Part shown: positions 57,094 through 64,000 of the stretch, in pieces
Layout of the letters: each line of letters opens with the position of its first letter
Numbering within the stretch: the stretch's first letter is position 1
Translations under genes and position numbers: made by a program
The notes under the pieces: model-generated
The model's input: the letters and a program-made list of their open reading frames with translations, nothing else
Databases searched by the model: none
What the model was told of the DNA's origin: nothing
From: Candidatus Latescibacterota bacterium
GTDB lineage: Bacteria; Latescibacterota; UBA2968; GCA-2709665
Reading direction: 5' to 3'
NCBI GenBank assembly: GCA_965248435.1
Contig: OZ252100.1
Location: forward strand, 1,856,001-1,920,000
Length of the DNA: 64,000 nt

Positions 57094-58733
57094 CTTACAT
57101 TCTCCACAGCGGACGAAATCCGCCGTCCACCCTGGGCCAGCATCCGGCGATATGCACGCAGCCTTGCTCCGGCCTCATCGCGTCGTTCATCAGACAGGAG
57201 ATAGACCACACTCCAAAGGCCCAACCTGAGCACCATCTCCATCGGCCTCAGTCCGGCAAGTAGAGTTGCCGCTCCGTTGCCCAGATGTTTCTCTACGAAA
57301 TAGTCGTAGCTCGCTTCGCTCGCCATCAGCATCTCTTCAAAGACCTGTCTTGAGCTCCATCCACCTGTGTGTACCCCTGCTGCTTCCGGTTGGTAGAACA
57401 CTCCCCACCCGGCCTCCTTCATCCGAAGACAGAGATCCACGTCCTCATAGTACATGAAGAATCGATCATCCATCCCGTTTACGTTCTCGAGTGCGGTGCG
57501 CCTGGAAACGAAACACGCCCCAGTTACCCATCCAGTTTCGTCTAGGCTTTTGGGGCGCCGGCGCGTGAATTTAAACAAAGGAAAAACAGTATGCAACAAG
57601 AATTTACGGCAAATCTCACCAACAAGATTCGGACGCGATCCGCACGACCTTCTGACTCGGCCACGACCGTCGTAGAGCGTGGGTCCGACCGTCCCAGCCG
57701 TCGCTTCCGACGCCAGAAACCTGACCATCGCATAGAGGGCACCCGGTTTCAAGATCACGTCCGGGTTCAGAACGGCAACAAAGGGTCCCGCTGATGCTTC
57801 AAGGCCCCGGTTGACGCCCGCTCCGAAGCCAAGGTTTTCTCCTGCACGAATCACTTGAACCTCTTTCGGAAGGGGATCCAGCCTCTCCACACTCCCGTCC
57901 TCCGACCCGTTGTCCACGACCACGACGTTCATCTCGAGTTTCCCGCGATCGGCCAAAAGGGCCCGAACACATCTCTGAAGCATCTCACCGGAATTCCAGT
58001 TAACCACGATCGCCGTTACATCGAGCCGGTCGGGTCTATGATCGACTCCTGAATTCCGGCCCCAATCCGCTATCCTGGGCTGCTGGCTCTCAACCTGATA
58101 CATACGATCTTCCTCTAACGCGTAAGCCGTCAATTGCCTGCCATACACGCACCCGGTATCCAGACCGATCAAGTAGGGCCGACCATCGTCGTGTCGTTTG
58201 ATCACAAGGCCGCGAGGGGCATCGTGACCGAAGATCAAGACCTTTTCTCCAGGTCGGTAAGCATCATGCCATCTCGGGCCGGTTATGTCTCCAGTGGGGG
58301 GCCAGGTTCGGATCGCCAGGAATTCCTCTCTTTCAGTTCTCTTGATGCCCTTATCGGGATTCACGCCCGCGTGTACCAGATCAAACGCTCTTCCTTCGAT
58401 CCAGAGGGGGAGGTTTTCAAGCCACGCCAGGACCTCCTCAGCCACCTCACGCAGTTGCGACAGGATCGATTCTTCTCCAGATCCAATGCTTTGAGGCGAT
58501 TGGCTCGAAACCGACGCTCTCAACCGTTCTATCAGCCGAGCGTCGTGGTTGCCCAAAACCATCTCAGCGCCCGTTCGCTTCAGAAGCCTCCAGACACCCA
58601 GAGGATCCGGACCTTTCGTAAAGGCATCACCCGTGAGGAGAAGGCGGTCTCTCCCCTCCGAAAATTCACATTTCGCCAGCAGTGCCTCCATTTCGGCGCA
58701 GCACCCGTGTAGATCTCCGATGAAAATGGTCAA
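57090..58733 (-). CDS. ApaH/PrpE-like metallophosphoesterase fused to a GT2 glycosyltransferase
   Basis: GDLHG, GD..TKG, GNHD, HAG, FGH, LDTGCVYG; then VVNWN, VDNGS.D, NLGFG, LNPD, FMYYEDVDLC. Confidence 0.82.
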   Translation of the reverse strand: MTIFIGDLHGCCAEMEALLAKCEFSEGRDRLLLTGDAFTKGPDPLGVWRLLKRTGAEMVLGNHDARLIERLRASVSSQSPQSIGSGEESILSQLREVAEEVLAWLENLPLWIEGRAFDLVHAGVNPDKGIKRTEREEFLAIRTWPPTGDITGPRWHDAYRPGEKVLIFGHDAPRGLVIKRHDDGRPYLIGLDTGCVYGRQLTAYALEEDRMYQVESQQPRIADWGRNSGVDHRPDRLDVTAIVVNWNSGEMLQRCVRALLADRGKLEMNVVVVDNGSEDGSVERLDPLPKEVQVIRAGENLGFGAGVNRGLEASAGPFVAVLNPDVILKPGALYAMVRFLASEATAGTVGPTLYDGRGRVRRSCGSRPNLVGEICRKFLLHTVFPLFKFTRRRPKSLDETGWVTGACFVSRRTALENVNGMDDRFFMYYEDVDLCLRMKEAGWGVFYQPEAAGVHTGGWSSRQVFEEMLMASEASYDYFVEKHLGNGAATLLAGLRPMEMVLRLGLWSVVYLLSDERRDEAGARLRAYRRMLAQGGRRISSAVENVR

Positions 58734-58744
58734 GGGTCATACCT

Positions 58745-59395
58745 TCAAGCGATCAGGTCGGCAAGTTTCTCGCCCGACTGCTCTGGAGAGAGGTTAAACG
58801 CGTGCAGACGAAACGAGTCTCCTGCGCCCTTGACGATAGATAGATGACCACGACCCATATGGCCGTGCTCGAATGTCGGTCCACGGTTTTCGCAGAACAG
58901 CCAGATCGCAGCCATGAAGAGCATGCAATGTCCAACCACGAGCACGGTCTGTGCCGCTTCTCGCCTTTCGAGCGATTCAAGAAATCCTCGAAGTCGGCCT
59001 TCGATTACCTCCAGCGACTCGCCTTCCGGAAATGAAGCATGATGTTCGCCCTGTTCCCACTTCTGAACAACGCGGTCGTGCCGCGTCCTGAACGTCGATT
59101 CATCCTGGTCCGTCCCTTCCAGAAGGCCCACATCGACCTCTCGCAGGGCCGAATTGAATGCGGGTTCAATACCGATGCGGCCGCTGACCGTCTCGGCCGT
59201 CTCCCTGGCCCTGCGCAGTGGACTCGAAACGATCGTGTCGACCCGAATTCCCTGCAGTGCGCTCGCCTGGAGTCTGGCCTGCTGGATCCCGGCCTCGGTC
59301 AACGGTAGGTCTACTCTGGAGCCCGCGTAGATGCGGCCCACATTCGACTCGCTCTCACCGTGCCTCAGCAGAAGCAGTGTCATCGATCGATCCAA
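58745..59395 (-). CDS. Histidine phosphatase (phosphoglycerate mutase-like) family protein
   Basis: LLRHGES, SSPLRRA.ETA, LRE, GES, VGH. Confidence 0.9.
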   Translation of the reverse strand: MDRSMTLLLLRHGESESNVGRIYAGSRVDLPLTEAGIQQARLQASALQGIRVDTIVSSPLRRARETAETVSGRIGIEPAFNSALREVDVGLLEGTDQDESTFRTRHDRVVQKWEQGEHHASFPEGESLEVIEGRLRGFLESLERREAAQTVLVVGHCMLFMAAIWLFCENRGPTFEHGHMGRGHLSIVKGAGDSFRLHAFNLSPEQSGEKLADLIA

Positions 59396-59408
59396 GAAGT
59401 GTGGCTAT

Positions 59409-59440
59409 AAAAAAAGGGCCGGAAAATTCCGGCACCTTTT
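59409..59440 (-). terminator. Intrinsic terminator after sod
   Basis: Minus strand: GGTGCCGGAA..TTCCGGCCC followed by T7. Confidence 0.7.
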
Positions 59441-59461
59441 CTCATCATCAATGGGAAGATT

Positions 59462-60190
59462 TCAAACCTTGACGGAATGGGCGTGTTCGTACCTCTCGGT
59501 GACATCCTTCCAGTTAACGACGTTCCACCAAGCCTTCACATAATCCCCCCGCCTGTTCTGGTACTGGATGTAATAGGCGTGTTCCCAAACGTCCAACATC
59601 AAGAGAGGAATGACGCCTGTACCGATCAGGTCCTGTTGATTCATCATCGTCACCACAAGAAGCCGACCCAGGTAAGGATTCCAACCCAGCACACCCCATC
59701 CACCCCCTTCCACCTTCGTCGCAGCCATGCTGAAGTGCTTTGCGAACGGTGCGAATCCTCCAAAATCACGCGCAATGGCCTTCGCCAGGTCACCCGACGG
59801 CTTTCCCCCACCCCCGCCTCCAGGGGGCGCCATGTTCTTCCAGAATATGGAATGGTTGATGTAGCCCCCCATATGAAAGGCGAGCGCACGACTCAGCTGC
59901 TGAATGTTACCAAATTCGCCGGACGTTCGGGCGGCGTCTAGCGCGCTGAGGGTTTTATTCAGCCCACGAGTGTACCCCGCGTGATGTTTGTCGTGGTGAA
60001 TCGTCATCGTCTTCTTGTCGATATGCGGTTCAAGCGCATCGTAAGCGTAGGGCAACGGAGGCAACTCGTAGGATGCGGGAGCAGCTTGTTCACCCTCTTT
60101 GGCGGCAGCCATAGGGACAGGTCCAAATCCGCCTGTCACGATGCTGCCCGCCGCCAAAGCACTTGCTGACAGGAAATCCCTTCGGTCCAT
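59462..60190 (-). CDS. Fe/Mn superoxide dismutase with a Tat signal
   Basis: DRRDFL; LPYAYDALEP, HHDKHH, NHSIFW, DVWEHAYY. Confidence 0.95.
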   Translation of the reverse strand: MDRRDFLSASALAAGSIVTGGFGPVPMAAAKEGEQAAPASYELPPLPYAYDALEPHIDKKTMTIHHDKHHAGYTRGLNKTLSALDAARTSGEFGNIQQLSRALAFHMGGYINHSIFWKNMAPPGGGGGGKPSGDLAKAIARDFGGFAPFAKHFSMAATKVEGGGWGVLGWNPYLGRLLVVTMMNQQDLIGTGVIPLLMLDVWEHAYYIQYQNRRGDYVKAWWNVVNWKDVTERYEHAHSVKV

Positions 60191-60346
60191 ACGCCACCTC
60201 CTTAAGCATAAATTGTGATCACGTTCGATCCACTGATCCGGTTCAAGCTAATATATCAGCGCACTTCCAGCAGGCAAGTCATATTTCATGTATGGAAGTT
60301 TTCTTCCTTCAGTCAGGGTCCCTTCATTATCGATTAGAGTCTTCGC

Positions 60347-60880
60347 CTATGGATTTGAATCCCGTTTCAACTTCGACGTATAGGCGGCGGTCGCTTCATC
60401 GGCCAGTTGCTCTGGAGGGAGCGTCGCATCCAGGATGAGGTCGGCAAACGCCTTGTAGACGGGCTCTCGCTTGCCGAGCATCTCGATCACTTCCTCAATC
60501 CCCCCTTGCGAAAGATTTGGACGCGTATCCGAACTCCCGGGGTCGGCCTCTATCCGTCGCCACAATTCCTCTACAGGTGCCCGCAGATACACGATAAGTG
60601 AATCCGTCCACGCGGTCGTCTGATTCTCTTCCCGCATCAGAGAACCCGCTCCAAATGCGATCACGCACTCATCTTCGTTACACATTTCCCGCACGATCTG
60701 ACTCTCTACATCCCTGTAATGAGCGTCCCCCTTCTCCTGGAATAGCTCCGTGATTGTCTTCCCGCTCCTTTTCTCGATTCCACGATCCACATCCAGGTAG
60801 GGCCACCCCAATCGCTGGGACAGAAGCTTGCCCAGGGTCGTCTTTCCGGCCGCTCGGTATCCAATCAATATGATTTTCAT
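60347..60880 (-). CDS. aroK: Shikimate kinase
   Basis: GYRAAGKT, D.D, YRDVE, RPNL, REPVY. Confidence 0.88.
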   Translation of the reverse strand: MKIILIGYRAAGKTTLGKLLSQRLGWPYLDVDRGIEKRSGKTITELFQEKGDAHYRDVESQIVREMCNEDECVIAFGAGSLMREENQTTAWTDSLIVYLRAPVEELWRRIEADPGSSDTRPNLSQGGIEEVIEMLGKREPVYKAFADLILDATLPPEQLADEATAAYTSKLKRDSNP

Positions 60881-60905
60881 GACTCGTTCAGAGAATACCC
60901 ATAGC

Positions 60906-61757
60906 CTACATTTTTTTCACCAACGATCTCAATAGCTTCAAGTTTTCCTGGTCCTCTGCCAGGTCCTCCTCCTTCGGTGTTTCGATGACCATCGGGACGT
61001 TCTTCAGTTTGGAGTCGTTCACTACATTTCTGAACGCCTCGATGCCGATTTCGCCTTTGCCGATATGTTCGTGCCGATCCTTGCGGGACCCGAACGGCCG
61101 TTTGCTGTCATTCAGGTGCATCACCTTGAGCCTGTCCAACCCAACCGTCTGATCGAACTGCTTCATCGTCTTTTTGTAATCCGCCGAATCGGTAATCGGA
61201 TATCCCGCCGCGAAGATATGGCAGGTGTCTATACATACGCCGATCTGTGAATCGTTTTCCACCCGGTCGATCATGTATGCCAACTGTTCGAAGGTATTGC
61301 CCAGCACGCTCCCCTGACCTGCTGTAGCTTCCAGGCAGAGCGTGACAGAGTTGTCCGAAAGTTCCTCGAACATGGCGTTGATGTTCGAGACGATTCGATC
61401 CATCCCGGCTTCCTCCCCTGAGCCGACGTGTGCCCCGGGATGGAACACCAGGTTTGGAATTTTCAGGAGATTGCAGCGCTCCATTTCTTCCTTCAGCGAT
61501 CCGCGGGACTTCTTGTTCAGCGCTTCGTCAGGAGATGCGATGTTGATCAGATAGCTCGCGTGCGAACAGGCAACACCGATTCCGGTCTCTTCAATCGTGG
61601 CGAAAAATCGCTCGACGTCTTCGCTCGCGAGTTTTTTGGCCCGCCACTGGTTGTTCGACTTGTTGAACATCTGAATCATATCGCAGGTGGCAGTCTGCCC
61701 CCGAGTGATGGCGTTGTATACGCCTCCCGCGATCGACTCGTGTGCGCCGAATTTCAT
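60906..61757 (-). CDS. nfo: Endonuclease IV
   Basis: GAHESIAGG, HASYLIN, HPG, DTCH, HLNDSK, DRHEHIG, ETP. Confidence 0.95.
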   Translation of the reverse strand: MKFGAHESIAGGVYNAITRGQTATCDMIQMFNKSNNQWRAKKLASEDVERFFATIEETGIGVACSHASYLINIASPDEALNKKSRGSLKEEMERCNLLKIPNLVFHPGAHVGSGEEAGMDRIVSNINAMFEELSDNSVTLCLEATAGQGSVLGNTFEQLAYMIDRVENDSQIGVCIDTCHIFAAGYPITDSADYKKTMKQFDQTVGLDRLKVMHLNDSKRPFGSRKDRHEHIGKGEIGIEAFRNVVNDSKLKNVPMVIETPKEEDLAEDQENLKLLRSLVKKM

Positions 61758-61810
61758 CTTTCTCCCCTAGTTGTATTGAGACGAATCGATCTCTGAAGCA
61801 GCATCGATTG

Positions 61811-63157
61811 TCAATACCCCAAATCGGCCGAAACTTCTGAAATCGTTTTCTGTAAGATATCGACAACCCTGTCGACTTCGGTCTCGGTAATCGTAAACGG
61901 CGGACTGATCGCGATGTGGTCTCCGCGAACACCATCAACCAGACCCGGGGCACCTGGCATGACCAGAACCCCTTGTTCGAACGCTCGATCCACGACCATC
62001 GAGGTCACGCCTTTAGCAGGATCAAACGGCGTCCTTGTGTCTTTGTCTGCAACGAACTCGATCCCAATGAGTAGCCCCTTTCCGCGAACCTCTCCTACAA
62101 TCGGCAGTGCCTTTAACGGCAGCAATTTTTCGAGCATCAGTTCGCCCACTGCCGCGCACCGAGAAACCAGATCGTGTCTCTCCACATAGTCTTGTACGGC
62201 GAGCGCGATCGCGCACGAAAGGGGGTTCCCACCATACGTATGGCCGTGCGTGAACCCGGTTGGACTCCTAGAAACCGCTTCATAGATCTTCTCGTTCGTG
62301 ATCGTTGCCGCGATCGGCGTATACCCGCTGCTCAGTCCCTTTCCGGTCGCAACGATATCCGGCGCGATGTCCCAATGATCTATCCCGAAGTTCAGGCCGG
62401 TCCTCCCGAAACCGGTCACCACCTCGTCTGCGATCATCAGAACGTTGTACCGATCACAGATCTCTCGAATCTTGGGGTAATAGTCTGGTGGAGGGGTCAC
62501 CCCGGCGGCGGACGTGCCCAGAATCGGCTCGCAGATAAAGGCCGAAACGGTCTCAGGTCCTTCCTGATGGATCACCCGCTCGAGCTCTTCGGCGCAGGCG
62601 AGATGGCAATCGGGATAGTCCTGTCCATACGGACATCGATAACAATAAGGCGCTGGAATATGGGGAAAATCCAACAGGTAGGGGGAATAGTCCTTCCGCC
62701 ACGCCGTGCGACCGGACATGGAGAGCGCACCGATCGTGTTTCCGTGCCAGCCCTGCCAGCGAGAAATCACCCTGTATTTTCCGGGATTACCTGTTTCCAG
62801 ATGATACTTGCGCGCGATCTTCATCGCGGCCTCTGTCGCCTCGGATCCTCCGGAGACGAAGAACGCCCGGGTCAGGCCATCCGGGGCCAGGTCAGACACC
62901 TTCTCTGCCAGGTCGATCTGAGGCTGGTTCAGGAAGCGCGTGTAGGTAAAGCTGACCTTACTGGCCTGGTCTCGCATCACATCTGCAATCTCTTTTACGC
63001 CGTGTCCGATACTCACAACGTGAACGCCCGCACAAGCATCCAGGTAGCGTCTTCCTTCCGTGTCAAACAGATAGACACCTTCCCCGTGAGAAATCTTTCT
63101 CCAGTTCTCCTTAAACGTCCTGTGGAAGATGTGGTCCATTGTCGTACGATCGTTCAT
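61811..63157 (-). CDS. Class III PLP aminotransferase
   Basis: SGGSEA, WHGNT, ADEVVTGFGRTG, GKGLSSGY, HGHTY; GGAGG RBS before 63157. Confidence 0.92.
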   Translation of the reverse strand: MNDRTTMDHIFHRTFKENWRKISHGEGVYLFDTEGRRYLDACAGVHVVSIGHGVKEIADVMRDQASKVSFTYTRFLNQPQIDLAEKVSDLAPDGLTRAFFVSGGSEATEAAMKIARKYHLETGNPGKYRVISRWQGWHGNTIGALSMSGRTAWRKDYSPYLLDFPHIPAPYCYRCPYGQDYPDCHLACAEELERVIHQEGPETVSAFICEPILGTSAAGVTPPPDYYPKIREICDRYNVLMIADEVVTGFGRTGLNFGIDHWDIAPDIVATGKGLSSGYTPIAATITNEKIYEAVSRSPTGFTHGHTYGGNPLSCAIALAVQDYVERHDLVSRCAAVGELMLEKLLPLKALPIVGEVRGKGLLIGIEFVADKDTRTPFDPAKGVTSMVVDRAFEQGVLVMPGAPGLVDGVRGDHIAISPPFTITETEVDRVVDILQKTISEVSADLGY

Positions 63158-63207
63158 CGTTTCCTCCGTGTCGAGGGCAAGACACCTCATTGTCAACGAG
63201 AATCGCT

Positions 63208-63999
63208 TCAGCTGCCACCCTGCCGCGATTCAAGCTCCTCGATCGTTCGCGGCCAATCACCCCTCAGAAGCCGTGAAAGGCGTCGATCCGCCAGGAGCTT
63301 TCCACCCGTCTGACAGTCCGGACAGTAATTCGTTTCGTGCCCCGCGAAGGCAATCCGTTGGATCGACCCCTTGCACGTTGGGCAGGGCTCGCCAAAACGA
63401 CCGTGAGCGGCCATACCTTCTCGAAAAGCCGTCACCTTTTCCGGGAAGGAGGTTTCGCTCTCAGTGCGCAGACGATCGATCCAAAAAAGGAGTGTCGATC
63501 GCGTAGACTCGTAGAGCCTCGTGATCTCATCCTCGCTAAGTCGGCTCGTCCACTTTACGGGCGAGAGTCTGGCTGCGTGCAGGATTTCATCTGAATAGGC
63601 GTTTCCGATCCCACTGAACAGTCGGGGGTCTGTAAGCGCGCGCTTTACGGTGTGATTCTCGCGCAACAATGCCTCCCGAAACGCGGCAAGGTCGCAATCC
63701 AGCACCTCTAATCCCCCAGGATCGTGGACCGCAAGGTCTTCCTCGCCCCGCACCAGGTACAGGGAGGCCCGCTTCTTGGAGCCGGCCTCAGTCAACATCA
63801 GCGTGCCATCCGGGAAGTGGAACGCGCCGAGGTCAGATTTGCTTTTCGGCCGGACCCCGACTTTTCTCCAGTGGAAACGCCCTGCAATCATGAGATGAAA
63901 GATAAAAAAAATGTCATTCTCTATCTGCCATACGATCCGCTTTCCAAACCTCCGGAAACTCAGCACGTTTTTGCCCCGGGCTTCCTCCAATCCAGGGTC
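63208..63999 (-). CDS. Fpg/Nei DNA glycosylase family protein (5' truncated)
   Basis: HLMIAG, SGIGNAYSDEIL, C-terminal CPTC...CPDCQ zinc finger; frame is open to the window end. Confidence 0.9.
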   Translation of the reverse strand, partial: DPGLEEARGKNVLSFRRFGKRIVWQIENDIFFIFHLMIAGRFHWRKVGVRPKSKSDLGAFHFPDGTLMLTEAGSKKRASLYLVRGEEDLAVHDPGGLEVLDCDLAAFREALLRENHTVKRALTDPRLFSGIGNAYSDEILHAARLSPVKWTSRLSEDEITRLYESTRSTLLFWIDRLRTESETSFPEKVTAFREGMAAHGRFGEPCPTCKGSIQRIAFAGHETNYCPDCQTGGKLLADRRLSRLLRGDWPRTIEELESRQGGS

Positions 64000-64000
64000 C

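Noticed and set aside
62174-63313. 379-aa plus-strand ORF
   Set aside because: Antisense shadow of the aminotransferase.

Overview
GC-rich bacterial chromosome segment, probably from an FCB-group lineage such as Latescibacterota. That placement is inferred from a DFDxxGxVxFxDF dockerin/EF-hand-like module and a C25 protein with a FlgD/T9SS-like C-terminus. Contents from left to right: (i) envelope and regulatory genes (TPR protein, LolA-like lipoprotein, flippase, NtrC-type activator); (ii) a ~16 kb minus-strand respiratory gene cluster (Rieske, split b6-type cytochrome b, octaheme cytochrome c, cupredoxin, aa3-type oxidase I-IV, CtaA/CtaB, ABC pair, SCO, HEAT protein); (iii) a divergent 2x[4Fe-4S] protein whose N-terminal ~30 aa are nearly identical to those of the Rieske protein; (iv) a four-gene operon of mamA-like TPR, acidic ORF, mamK-like actin (frameshifted near its 3' end) and parB-like, with no other recognisable magnetosome genes, followed by an IS30; (v) housekeeping genes (rluD, lspA, dksA-like, ileS, mtnP, divIVA, yggT/S/U); (vi) a large C25 peptidase and a surface-polysaccharide cluster with two unusual fusions; (vii) Tat-SOD, aroK, nfo, an aminotransferase and fpg. 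The most promising candidate novel system is the stand-alone MamA/MamK/ParB module next to redox proteins that share a conserved N-terminal tag, possibly a cytoskeletal positioning system for a non-magnetosome cargo. All homology calls were made by eye against remembered family motifs. No searches were run.
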